IMG/VR virus record: IMGVR_UViG_3300032323_001214
Location: 185,607 to 249,606 of that record
Length of the DNA stretch: 64,000 bases
Direction: 5' to 3' (one strand)
In this document: positions 11,401 through 19,954 of the stretch, in pieces
How positions within the stretch are numbered: position 1 is the first letter of the stretch
How the letters are laid out: every line of letters begins with the position of its first letter
Program-made: the position numbers and the translations under genes
Notes under the pieces: generated by a model
Databases searched by the model: none
What the model was told of the DNA's origin: nothing
The model's input: only the letters and a program-made list of their open reading frames with translations

Positions 11401-12050
11401 TAGGTCTATTCTATCCAAGTGGTATCGCTAATGACTTGTCAGGTAACGAAGTTGCGGTGCCGGCTTCACATATGATGCTACGCACATTCTTACGTAATGA
11501 CACTATCGCTTATCCTTGGTTAGCGGCTGCAGGTACACGTAGAGGTACAATTGACAATGCATTGAACATTGGTTATCTAGATCGTACAACAGGTGAATTC
11601 CAGACAATTAAAACACGTTTAGGTATTCGTGATGTTCTATACGTTAACTTCATTAACCCACTAGTGTTCTTCAGTGGTGTAGGTTTGTTGAACTATGGCA
11701 ACAAGACAAGTTTCAACTCTAGCTCTGCATTAGACAGAACCAACGTTGCACGACTAATTGCTTATATTCGTAGACAGTTAACATTGGCAGCACGTCCGTT
11801 TGTATTCGAACCTAATGATTCGTTAACAAGACAAGAAATTGCTGGTGTTGTTGAAACATTATTAGTTGACCTAGTTGCAAAACGTGGTATCTACGATTAT
11901 CTAGTAGTTTGTGATGATTCAAACAACACACCTGCTAGAATTGATAGAAATGAACTTTGGATTGATGTTGCAGTTGAGCCAGTTAAGGCTGCTGAATTCA
12001 TTTACATCCCCGTTCGTGTTCTAAACACAGGAGAATTATCTGGAGCATAA
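8472..12050 (+). CDS. Contractile tail sheath protein (gp18-like) with large insertions
   Basis: N-terminal LTSPGVEV; C-terminal PWLAAAG..RG, LDR.NV.RL, FEPND, V.CD..NNTP..ID.NE....P.KA.EFIY. Confidence 0.95.
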   Translation: MALTSPGVEVTITDQSQYLPAPTNSVPLVVLATAQNKADASGTGVAAATTAANANKLYQVTSQRDLVNLYGTPFFYTTANGTPIQGYELNEYGLLAAYSLLGVTNRCYVLRADIDLASLVGQTGRPTGLPANNTYWLDTTTSTWGIYEFNATTGDFTLQTPIVITDANDLLSGVPLASIGNIGDYAVDATQITTDPTDTSRTYWYKSSNNAWIILGAGDWRRDIPTVQGSTSNPTLTTGESFTINVSDAWSTVVVVPSAPNNTVEGIASVINTPNFSTISAEVRNGKLCLFSNQLLSTPASITLSETSGTPLADMGISTGIYYQPVLQYGTSAQMPLWTSSQTFPRPTGSVWIKVGAAGNGLNPKISRFNSTTAAWQLKNTTLSTSDWTMTSQLDSSGGQAIPAGSIYGQYSYDGTTSSSPLYFWERIATGPTIITGSATSPAFNSGPYYMNVFVSIPGSTTVSSAYNFTLADNTDAIDFVTAWAATGIPYTTAAVNSDGAIVLTHTEGGEILLDDTVNSSFVSTGVSSGLVTTAGFNIGVTTGVKFGPSVTATFTSAPQTTTTGVGSGATFNIISRLNTYILGGTANRGVTSGGSGYVVGDAIVIAGTSLGGTSPANNLEVRVTAVSSGAVTAVTLTDVDSQPNSKFMTQLSNWVEFTYESNEGEPAVEPVDNTNWFWSVTNQVDIMVQKGNAWIGYRNTAYDSSGFPAASGSNTTDPNGPIISATAPTTQSDGTSLTYGDIWIDTTDLENYPVIYRWQLSSGVDQWVLINNTDQVSSTGVLFADARWATSGSVNVTDDPIPTIVSLLSSNYLDLDAPSPTLYPQGMLLFNTRRSGYNVKQFRTNYFNATSFPGESLPNETNAWVTVSGNQSDGSPYMGRKAQRAMVVQALRSSIDTNTAIRDEDNFFNLMASPNYPEMQPNMIVLNADRGETAYIIGDTPMGLPDNATDIQAWANNDAGATSTGEDGLVTRNTYLGLFYPSGIANDLSGNEVAVPASHMMLRTFLRNDTIAYPWLAAAGTRRGTIDNALNIGYLDRTTGEFQTIKTRLGIRDVLYVNFINPLVFFSGVGLLNYGNKTSFNSSSALDRTNVARLIAYIRRQLTLAARPFVFEPNDSLTRQEIAGVVETLLVDLVAKRGIYDYLVVCDDSNNTPARIDRNELWIDVAVEPVKAAEFIYIPVRVLNTGELSGA

Positions 12051-12051
12051 A

Positions 12052-12075
12052 TTGATACCCCTTCGGGGGTATCAA
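12052..12075 (+). terminator. UUCG-tetraloop hairpin between sheath and tube genes (terminator or stabiliser)
   Basis: TTGATACCCC-TTCG-GGGGTATCAA perfect 10-bp stem; no U-tract. Confidence 0.6.
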
Positions 12076-12081
12076 GCGAAA

Positions 12082-12089
12082 GATAAATA
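12082..12089 (+). promoter_or_regulatory. Late promoter box GATAAATA
   Basis: Upstream of tail tube gene and its AGGAG SD. Confidence 0.75.
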
Positions 12090-12111
12090 AAGATAATAGG
12101 AGAAATATAAA

Positions 12112-12756
12112 ATGGCAACAGCCTCACAATCATTGTTCAACATGACCGTAGCGTCAGATAACGCTGGTGGAAATCAGGGCTTGTTAATGCCCAAACTACA
12201 ATATAGATTTAGAGTTAATTTTTTAAATTTAGGTATTGGTCAAACTATCGAACTTACTAAACAGGTCGTTGACATTTCACGTCCTCAAGTAAGTTTTGGT
12301 GAAATCACATTACCAGTTTACAACTCTACTATGTATTTGGCAGGTCGTCACGAGTGGCAACCATTGACAGTTAACATCAGAGATGATGCAGGTGGACAGG
12401 TTTCAAAACTAGTAGGTCAACAATTGCAGAAGCAATTAGACTTTGTTGAGCAAGCATCAGCGGCTACTGGTCAAGATTATAAGTTCCAAACAAACATCGA
12501 AATTTTAGACGGTGGTAACGGCACTGCTGTTCCTACTGTACTAGAAACATGGGAATGCTACGGATGTTTCATTCAACAAGCAAACTATAATACATTGAAT
12601 TATGGAACAAATGATGTTGTTACAATTTCGTTGACATTACGATATGACAATGCAATTCAATCTCCATTAAGTTCTGGTGTTGGAACATCTGTTGGTCGTG
12701 CATTATCTGGATCAACAGGCTTGACTACAGGTATTGGCTCTAACCAGAACGTATAA
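12112..12756 (+). CDS. Tail tube protein (gp19-like)
   Basis: Directly follows sheath; RFRV.F, YLAGR..W..L, W..YGCF, L.YD pattern. Confidence 0.85.
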   Translation: MATASQSLFNMTVASDNAGGNQGLLMPKLQYRFRVNFLNLGIGQTIELTKQVVDISRPQVSFGEITLPVYNSTMYLAGRHEWQPLTVNIRDDAGGQVSKLVGQQLQKQLDFVEQASAATGQDYKFQTNIEILDGGNGTAVPTVLETWECYGCFIQQANYNTLNYGTNDVVTISLTLRYDNAIQSPLSSGVGTSVGRALSGSTGLTTGIGSNQNV

Positions 12757-12767
12757 GTTATTAACTT

Positions 12768-13967
12768 ATGAGTTTAGGTAACTGGGGAGTAAACCAATTA
12801 CGTGACGCTGCCGGAGCATTCTTCGGCAGCGATTACCTACGTGATTACACACATGCTAGTAAAACGTTTAGACCTAATTCATACCAATATGCACCTAAGT
12901 TTAAGTTTTTATTTCATGTATATTTTGAAATAAATGAAAATGCGTATTCAAAGGGTTTATCTACTGGTGCAAATTTTGGTCTTGCTGTAAAACAAGTAAA
13001 ATTACCTAGTTACACTTTTACTACACATGAAATGAATCAGTACAATAGAAAGCGTATTGTACAAACTAAAATTAAATATGATCCCATTGATATTAATTTC
13101 CACGATGATAACGGAAATTTAATTAGGGATATGTGGTATAACTATTACACATACTATTATAAAGACGCAACTAAGCCTATTACTCTCAATGCCGGAAGAC
13201 AAACATTGTCGGATGAAGAGATTGTTGCAAGAAATAATACAACAAACTATAATGAGCGAAACATATATAAACCATCAATCACTGGTGATGATGATTGGGG
13301 ATATATTGGAGAAACATCAAAAACTGTTCAAACTAATACACAAGCTGCCATAGGCGCTACTAAAGTACCCTTCTTTAAAAATATTACTGTATTTGGCTTT
13401 AATCAACATAATTTTGTAGCATACACATTAATTAATCCTATCATCACCAACTTTAGTCATGATACATACGACTATGCTCAGGGTAATGGTACTATGGAAA
13501 ATCAAATGACGATTGACTATGAAACCGTAAAATATTTTGACGGCGCTATTGATGGTAGAGCACCCGGTAATATTGTCAAAGGATTTGGCAATGAAGCCAA
13601 TTATGATAGAACTCCTAGTCCTATTGCAAGAGCCGGTTCACAAGGTACTATATTAGGTCAAGGCGGTTTAGTTGATAGTGTGGGTGGGTTTGTTAAAGAT
13701 TTAACAGATGGAAATATTTTAAGCGCAATACAAAAGGGTGGTGTTACTTATAACACGTTTAAAAACATTAATTTAAGACAACTTGCTAAATCAGAAGTTA
13801 TTGCGGCTGCAACAAATTCAATACAACAGACACCTAATAGGAATTTAAACTTTCAGTTTCCTGCATTTGGGCAAACAACAAACTTATTTGGTACTGCTGG
13901 TGCACCCAATAGTTCTAAACAGAACCCTACTGTTATCATAAATAATATACCGGGTAATGGAGTATAA
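12768..13967 (+). CDS. Tail-tube-like baseplate protein (gp48/gp54-like)
   Basis: VK.VKLPSY, NQYNRKR, I.FHDD, MTIDYE tube-fold pattern; follows tube gene. Confidence 0.6.
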   Translation: MSLGNWGVNQLRDAAGAFFGSDYLRDYTHASKTFRPNSYQYAPKFKFLFHVYFEINENAYSKGLSTGANFGLAVKQVKLPSYTFTTHEMNQYNRKRIVQTKIKYDPIDINFHDDNGNLIRDMWYNYYTYYYKDATKPITLNAGRQTLSDEEIVARNNTTNYNERNIYKPSITGDDDWGYIGETSKTVQTNTQAAIGATKVPFFKNITVFGFNQHNFVAYTLINPIITNFSHDTYDYAQGNGTMENQMTIDYETVKYFDGAIDGRAPGNIVKGFGNEANYDRTPSPIARAGSQGTILGQGGLVDSVGGFVKDLTDGNILSAIQKGGVTYNTFKNINLRQLAKSEVIAAATNSIQQTPNRNLNFQFPAFGQTTNLFGTAGAPNSSKQNPTVIINNIPGNGV

Positions 13968-13968
13968 C

Positions 13969-14331
13969 ATGGCAATAAGTATAGATAACAATTTAAATTC
14001 ATTAGATCAAACAGTAAGAATCTTTGATAACTTTTATAATTTTAATTTAGTAGTACCCTCTAATCAGTATGATATTGTGCGTTCATATTTTGTTGAAACG
14101 TGTGATACTAAAACAATTGCAGATAATTTTACAACATTCTTTTTTAAAATTGCGCAAGATACAGGTATACCTGCTACCACATTGTTAGAAAGCATTCAAG
14201 GTCAAACTAAACTTGACATGAATAGAACTATCGCTTATTACTTGAATAGTTTTAAATCTAAGTCTGCACTATATGGTATCAGCTTTATACCACAGCCCAA
14301 TCTTCCAGTCGCACGTAACATAGTGCTTTAA
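13969..14331 (+). CDS. Hypothetical virion-associated protein
   Basis: ORF in tail operon; start taken at the ATG after GGAG. Confidence 0.65.
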   Translation: MAISIDNNLNSLDQTVRIFDNFYNFNLVVPSNQYDIVRSYFVETCDTKTIADNFTTFFFKIAQDTGIPATTLLESIQGQTKLDMNRTIAYYLNSFKSKSALYGISFIPQPNLPVARNIVL

Positions 14332-14334
14332 TAT

Positions 14335-14781
14335 ATGGCTAAGTGGGCACAAGGTAATTTCACTCCATCTAACCCACAGAAATATGTAGGTAAGCACACA
14401 CCTAGATATCGTTCAGGCTGGGAGTTGACCTTTATGCAATTTTGTGATAATAACAAACATATTATGTACTGGGCTAGTGAAGCTATAGCTATACCTTATA
14501 AAAACCCCTTTACAGGAAAACCTACTAGATATATACCTGATTTCTTTGTAGTATATCAAAACAAGTACGGTAAACAAATAGCAGAAGTAGTAGAGATTAA
14601 ACCTAAAAAACAAAGTATCATTGAAAGCAAAGTAGCAAACGCCAAAGATAGAATGGTAGTAGCATTAAATCATGCTAAATGGCAGGCTGCAATGGCCTAC
14701 TGTAAAAGTCAAGGATATACTTTTCGTGTGTTGACGGAGGAAGATATTTTTTACAATGGAAAACCAAAGAATAAAAGATAA
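14335..14781 (+). CDS. Head completion nuclease, T4 gp4-like (TnsA-like fold)
   Basis: YRSGWE..FM..CD, W.SE...IPY, Y.PDF, EIKP..Q, N.AKW.AA, F.V.TE. Confidence 0.9.
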   Translation: MAKWAQGNFTPSNPQKYVGKHTPRYRSGWELTFMQFCDNNKHIMYWASEAIAIPYKNPFTGKPTRYIPDFFVVYQNKYGKQIAEVVEIKPKKQSIIESKVANAKDRMVVALNHAKWQAAMAYCKSQGYTFRVLTEEDIFYNGKPKNKR

Positions 14782-14848
14782 ATAAAAGTGTAGTTCGCGG
14801 ACCTGAGAAATCCCAACTACTCTAATGCCGAGGAGGGCACCAGCAATG
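14777..14848 (+). ncRNA. Candidate structured leader RNA, copy A (late box, two stems)
   Basis: GTAGTT/AACTAC stem with CGC/C internal loop and GGA/TCC inner stem, TCTAA linker, TGCC/GGCA hairpin around GAGGAG; homologous to 38711-38780. Confidence 0.6.
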
Positions 14849-15544
14849 ATATTTATCAATAACAAATATACCACGTGGTATAATTCTATAATCAATAAAG
14901 CCAAAGATAGAACAATTAACGGCTACACAGAAAAACATCACATTATACCCAGTTCATTGGGCGGAAGTAATGGCACCGATAATTTGGTAAAATTAACACC
15001 TAGAGAACATTTTGTTTGTCATTTATTATTAACTAAGATGACAACATGTAATGCTAGGTACAAAATGAATTTTGCTCTATATATGTTGGCAAACATTAAA
15101 AACATAGGTGAAGGTAGATATATTCCTAATAGTAGAATGTACGATTTGGCTAGAAGATTATATAAAGAAACATTAGACAATTATTGGACAGATAAAAAAC
15201 GAAAAGAACATGCAGACAAAATAAGACCAACATCTGTGGGTAGAAAACTAAAAGAATCGTCAAAAGAAAAACTTAGGAATAAAGAATGGACAGAAAAAGC
15301 ACTTAAAAATCGCCTCAACAACTGTTTAAAATCAGCAGCAGCCAGAAAAGGTTCTAAATGGTCTGACGACCGCAAGGAACAAAAGTTTGAACAATATATA
15401 GAAAAAAACAAGCATCTATTTCCTCAAGTGTTCTCCTTATCTGACTCAGGTATTAACACACGACAAATATCTATCAAACTACAAATTTCATGGGATAGAG
15501 TAAAATACATTTTGGACAACAGAGACCGAATAAATAACATATGA
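14846..15544 (+). CDS. Free-standing HNH homing endonuclease
   Basis: EKHHIIP.SLGGSN...NLV.LTPREHFVCHLLL motif; basic C-terminal DNA-binding region. Confidence 0.85.
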   Translation: MIFINNKYTTWYNSIINKAKDRTINGYTEKHHIIPSSLGGSNGTDNLVKLTPREHFVCHLLLTKMTTCNARYKMNFALYMLANIKNIGEGRYIPNSRMYDLARRLYKETLDNYWTDKKRKEHADKIRPTSVGRKLKESSKEKLRNKEWTEKALKNRLNNCLKSAAARKGSKWSDDRKEQKFEQYIEKNKHLFPQVFSLSDSGINTRQISIKLQISWDRVKYILDNRDRINNI

Positions 15545-16026
15545 CCAAAAAACTACAAGAACTGTTTGAAATGCCACTATCTGAAGATGAGATGGGGTTG
15601 ACTGTGCCTATTCCTGCTGACGCACAAGAAATAACAACTGATGCATTGACCAATCTAGAAAAGATTGAGAACGCATTACCGCAAGTTCGTGGATTAGAAT
15701 CAGCAGACATTGAGATGGATGGATTAGCTGACTTAGCTACCAACAGTTATAAAGACCTTATGGAATTGGGTATGCAAGTAGATAGTAGATTTAGTAGCGA
15801 AATATTTGGTGTCGCTGGTACTATGCTGGGACATGCTATCACAGCAAAGACTGCTAAATTAAACAAAAAGTTAAAGATGATTGAATTACAACTTAAAAAA
15901 GCTACATTAGATCAAAAAAATATGGCTAAAACAGAAGAAATTGAAGCCACTCCTTTGGGAGAAGGTAAGAGTTTAGACCGTAATGAGTTGCTTAAGATGT
16001 TGGCAGCTAAAACAGATGATAAATGA
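15541..16026 (+). CDS. Hypothetical protein, possibly terminase small subunit-like
   Basis: Helical acidic 161-aa protein after gp4-like gene; function inferred from size and context only. Confidence 0.4.
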   Translation: MTKKLQELFEMPLSEDEMGLTVPIPADAQEITTDALTNLEKIENALPQVRGLESADIEMDGLADLATNSYKDLMELGMQVDSRFSSEIFGVAGTMLGHAITAKTAKLNKKLKMIELQLKKATLDQKNMAKTEEIEATPLGEGKSLDRNELLKMLAAKTDDK

Positions 16027-16051
16027 TAAATACAGAATACAGGAATAAGAA

Positions 16052-16672
16052 ATGAAGAGCCTAAAACAATACATTGCAGAAAGTGTACATACTTACAATT
16101 ACACTATCAAAATTGCTGGTGACGTGGATAAGAACTGGTTGGACATGTTTAAGTATAATCTTAACAAGTTTGATCCTATACGTATCAGTGAGCCTACAAA
16201 AACACCTATTCAAAAAGATCCATATGGATTTCCTAATTTAGCAAATCAGGCTATAACTATCATTAAGGCAGACTTTCGCTATCCAGCTACAGAGCCAATG
16301 ATTCAGCAGATTGCTCAATTACTAGGTTATAATGTAGATATGGTCAGAGTAATCAGTACAAAGTATGATGACAGTATAAACAGCGAAGTCGAAGGCTATG
16401 CTAATCAAATGAAAAATAGTCCAGTTCTTACACATGAAGAAATGGAAGAACAACCAGGAGCTAAAGAAGCTTCTAAAGCATATGGTGATAGTTATTTGAA
16501 TAGTATTAAGGATCAAACTAAAGATAGTAAGATCAATATTCCTTATGAAGCCAAGAAGACTCCGGATGCGTTTGACCCCTTCAAAATCATTCCACAAGAT
16601 CAAGCTGGTGCCAAAAGTCCAATGAGCACTATAATAAGACAGCCTAAGCCTGCAACTGGCGCAAGTAAATAA
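16052..16672 (+). CDS. Putative head internal protein (MKSLKQYIAE leader)
   Basis: N-terminus resembles T4 capsid-targeting sequence MKTYQEFIAE; late box at 16025-16032. Confidence 0.6.
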   Translation: MKSLKQYIAESVHTYNYTIKIAGDVDKNWLDMFKYNLNKFDPIRISEPTKTPIQKDPYGFPNLANQAITIIKADFRYPATEPMIQQIAQLLGYNVDMVRVISTKYDDSINSEVEGYANQMKNSPVLTHEEMEEQPGAKEASKAYGDSYLNSIKDQTKDSKINIPYEAKKTPDAFDPFKIIPQDQAGAKSPMSTIIRQPKPATGASK

Positions 16673-16688
16673 TTAAAAGGAACACAAA

Positions 16689-19298
16689 ATGGATTTCAAA
16701 AGTTTATTATCACAACTAGACCAGTTGAACGAAGCAGAAAGTACAGTACATAAAGGTACGTATGGTACAAGTTATGGCAAAGAAGATGTTCGTGACCAGT
16801 ATGGTCATAAAATCGGCAAACAAGATAAAGGCGCTGAAACGAAAAAAGATGCACCTAAGAAAGGTCGCGGCCGCCCTAAGAAAGGTGCTGATGATTCCGG
16901 TGAAGTTAAGAGTTATGACTTCAGTGCATTTGGTATTAACAAAGGCAAAGATGTTAAATTACCAGCACATGACAAAAAGAAAACTACTAAACATAGTTTG
17001 AAAGAATATCTTGACCAATTAGAAAGTGCATTGAACGAAGCTGAACAGATTCAAATCAAACCAGCAAGTCAAATGCCTAAAAAGCCTGGTCAAACATCAC
17101 AGCCTGGTCAACAACAAGGTCAGCAAGCACAGAACACACACGTTATTTCCCAGGGTGATAAGACATTAGGTACAGTTAATAACCCACAATTAGCACAACA
17201 GATTAAACAATCTATTGGCAAAGGTGAAATGACTTTGATGCCTGACCAACAAATGAAAGAAGGCGCTGGATACGATGGTTCAGAGCCATTGGATCTCAGC
17301 AAGAATCCATCTGTTAAGGATGTGTTCAAACGTGCTTTGTATATCTATGATTTCGAAGGCTACGGCAACAACATGGACTACAGCGAAGATGATGCTATTG
17401 ACCAGTATGTTGCTAAAAACTTTGGTCTAGATGTACTGGATCAATTGACTAATGCAAGAACTCAAAGTTACTTTGGTAGAGCCGACGGCAAAGGACCCGG
17501 CGGTGGTGGCAGAACTAGCAACCTAGGCACATCCAGTGCTCCAGGTGGTAACTTCCGCACAACTAAGGCTGGTGTAATGAACAAGCAAGATGCTAAGACC
17601 ATGAAAAGTCGTGTAGCTGACAGATTAGGACGTCACCCTGAACCAAATTTACCAGAAGGAGATATCGGTAAACATAACAATGCCACTACAGGTTTTGATG
17701 CATTAGTTAAAAAACTAACACCTAAATATGGTGTTGAAGCCGCAAAGCGTATTGCTGGTGCTCAGTTAAAGAAAATACGTGAAGCAGATATGCCACCTAA
17801 TGATAGTTTAGCTAGTCCGTTGTCTTTAGAAGAGGGCAAGAAGACTATTAAGAAAGATGACAAAGCTGAAAAAGCTGGTAAAAAAGTTACTAAAGACTTA
17901 GAATACGATATGAATCATAAAGGTAAAGATGATGCTAAAGCTGAAAAAGCTGGCAAAAAAGTTACTAAAGACATTGAGTATGATGAGAAGAAAAAAGTCA
18001 AAGAAGATAAAAAGCCTGACGCAAACAAAAATGGTATTCCTGACTATGCTGAAGACGGCAAAGGCAAAAACGATTTGAAGAAAAAGAAAGTTAAAGAAGG
18101 TATGGATCATAGACTAAAGGCAGCCCGCCATATGGGTAAAGCACATGCTCTTACTAAAGAAGGCTATAATTGCCGTTACGATGACATGGAAGAATCAAGA
18201 CAATATCATGAAGGCTACAAAGAAGGTCTAGATGAGTGCTATGGTCAAATGCCAGTACAAGGTTATGTTGGTGAAGCAAATCCTCCAGCAACAGTTCCTG
18301 GCATGGCAAATCAAGCTATGCGTGAGCCTGCTATGGAAGACGATATGTACGAAATGGATAAGACCGCGTACATGAAGCAACAAGCAATGAAGACTCCAGG
18401 TGACACATTTAAGGCATTTGGTCAAACTTTCAAAGATAAAGAAGTATTAGAAAGTCCATTCGCTTTTGAAGCATTAGAGCAACAACTAAATGCATTACTA
18501 GAAAGTAAAGAAGAAGTTGCTGAAGGCATGACTGTTTCTATCAGTAAAGGTCAACAAGGTTCACCTGATTCAGTAACTGTATCAGCACAAGACAGTGAAG
18601 CCGATCAGTTGTTATCAGTAATCAAGCAAGCCGGTTTAGGCTTGTTTGGTGGCGAAGAAACAAATGGTTATGGTGCCACACAAGGTGATGCCCCACAACA
18701 TGGTGGTTTAGATGTTGTTGGTGACCATGACGGTATGATGGCATTGATTAAGAAAGTTACAGGCGGCGAAGCAGGTAACGGCGACTACGCTGACGAAGAA
18801 GGTCATGACGACCATGATCATAATGAGCCATGTGAAACATGCGGTTCTAGTGATTGCGGATGCGATGATAAAGAAATGGTTGGTGAAGTAGAATCAGAAG
18901 ACCAAATGGAATATGAAGTCGCTGAAGAAATCGATCCTAATAACAGCGACGAAGCGAATGAAGTCAACAGTGACGCTGTTCGTGATGCTGCTCTTGCAAC
19001 TGCTGCCAGCACAAACGAAGAAGAAATTCATGAAGACGAGGCTGAAGCTGAAGCAGAAAATGCTGAAGTTGATTTGAATGAGTGGGCTAATGACGCCGGT
19101 AAAAACGGCACAGACACATCATTTGAACAAGATATTGACTTTATGACTAAAGTTATTTCTGGTGGATTGAACAAGCAGAAGTCTACAGGACAATCTACGA
19201 TCCCAGTAGTATCAACTCAATTAAATCGTTTAGGCAATCCTATGCAAGAATCAGTTGATTTGCTTCACGATTGGAAGAAACTAAGCGGTATTAAGTAA
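16689..19298 (+). CDS. Large acidic modular protein, putative prohead core / internal polyprotein
   Basis: Many [ILVM]xE sites (LNE, LKE, VKE, VAE, LEE); duplicated KDD.KAEKAGKKVTKD.EYD; low-complexity linkers. Confidence 0.55.
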   Translation: MDFKSLLSQLDQLNEAESTVHKGTYGTSYGKEDVRDQYGHKIGKQDKGAETKKDAPKKGRGRPKKGADDSGEVKSYDFSAFGINKGKDVKLPAHDKKKTTKHSLKEYLDQLESALNEAEQIQIKPASQMPKKPGQTSQPGQQQGQQAQNTHVISQGDKTLGTVNNPQLAQQIKQSIGKGEMTLMPDQQMKEGAGYDGSEPLDLSKNPSVKDVFKRALYIYDFEGYGNNMDYSEDDAIDQYVAKNFGLDVLDQLTNARTQSYFGRADGKGPGGGGRTSNLGTSSAPGGNFRTTKAGVMNKQDAKTMKSRVADRLGRHPEPNLPEGDIGKHNNATTGFDALVKKLTPKYGVEAAKRIAGAQLKKIREADMPPNDSLASPLSLEEGKKTIKKDDKAEKAGKKVTKDLEYDMNHKGKDDAKAEKAGKKVTKDIEYDEKKKVKEDKKPDANKNGIPDYAEDGKGKNDLKKKKVKEGMDHRLKAARHMGKAHALTKEGYNCRYDDMEESRQYHEGYKEGLDECYGQMPVQGYVGEANPPATVPGMANQAMREPAMEDDMYEMDKTAYMKQQAMKTPGDTFKAFGQTFKDKEVLESPFAFEALEQQLNALLESKEEVAEGMTVSISKGQQGSPDSVTVSAQDSEADQLLSVIKQAGLGLFGGEETNGYGATQGDAPQHGGLDVVGDHDGMMALIKKVTGGEAGNGDYADEEGHDDHDHNEPCETCGSSDCGCDDKEMVGEVESEDQMEYEVAEEIDPNNSDEANEVNSDAVRDAALATAASTNEEEIHEDEAEAEAENAEVDLNEWANDAGKNGTDTSFEQDIDFMTKVISGGLNKQKSTGQSTIPVVSTQLNRLGNPMQESVDLLHDWKKLSGIK

Positions 19299-19311
19299 TA
19301 TTATACTGTAT

Positions 19312-19340
19312 AAAATACCCGACTAGTCGGGTATTTTTTT
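19312..19340 (+). terminator. Intrinsic terminator
   Basis: AAAATACCCGA-CTAG-TCGGGTATTTTTTT. Confidence 0.85.
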
Positions 19341-19390
19341 GGCTATCGCCTTTGTAAAAAGAACGATAAATACTAGATAAGGTGATTTTT

Positions 19391-19954
19391 ATGTTTTATG
19401 TATATGCGTATTTGAGAGAAGATGGTAGTCCTTATTACATAGGAAAAGGAAAGAACAATCGTGCTTGGAAAAAAGGGAAGGGAGAAATCTCCCCACCTAA
19501 AGATATTTCTATGATAGTTATCATGGAAACTGGTTTGTCTGAATTGGGCGCACTAGCTATAGAAAGAAGAATGATTAAGTGGTATGGTAGAAAAGATTTA
19601 GGAACAGGAATTCTTCATAATAAGACAGAAGGCGGTGACGGAGTTTCAGGTGCTCGACAAACAAAAGAACATATACAAAAGCGTATAATTTCAAGTAAAG
19701 GAAAACCGATGGGCATGACGGGCAAGAAACATACAGCAGAATCCAATCACAAAAGAAGTGTTGCTATGTTAGGAAAAAATATCGGGCCACAATCAGCAGA
19801 ACACCGCCTTGCTAGTGGGTTAGCTAAAAGGGGAATGAAATATAAACCACAAGAAATTCTACAATGTTCTTATTGTAATAAATTAGGTGGCGCCGCAAAT
19901 ATGAAAAGATATCATATGGAAAATTGTAAATTAATAAAAGAGGAATATGTATGA
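19391..19954 (+). CDS. GIY-YIG homing endonuclease with NUMOD3-like repeats
   Basis: [20 protein letters not shown]..., N.T.GGDG; GKKHT.E motif; late box at 19365-19372. Confidence 0.85.
   Translation: MFYVYAYLREDGSPYYIGKGKNNRAWKKGKGEISPPKDISMIVIMETGLSELGALAIERRMIKWYGRKDLGTGILHNKTEGGDGVSGARQTKEHIQKRIISSKGKPMGMTGKKHTAESNHKRSVAMLGKNIGPQSAEHRLASGLAKRGMKYKPQEILQCSYCNKLGGAANMKRYHMENCKLIKEEYV

Noticed and set aside
14335-14781. TnsA transposase of a Tn7-like element
   Set aside because: Size, motifs and position in the tail/head operon fit T4 gp4 head completion; no tnsB/tnsC.
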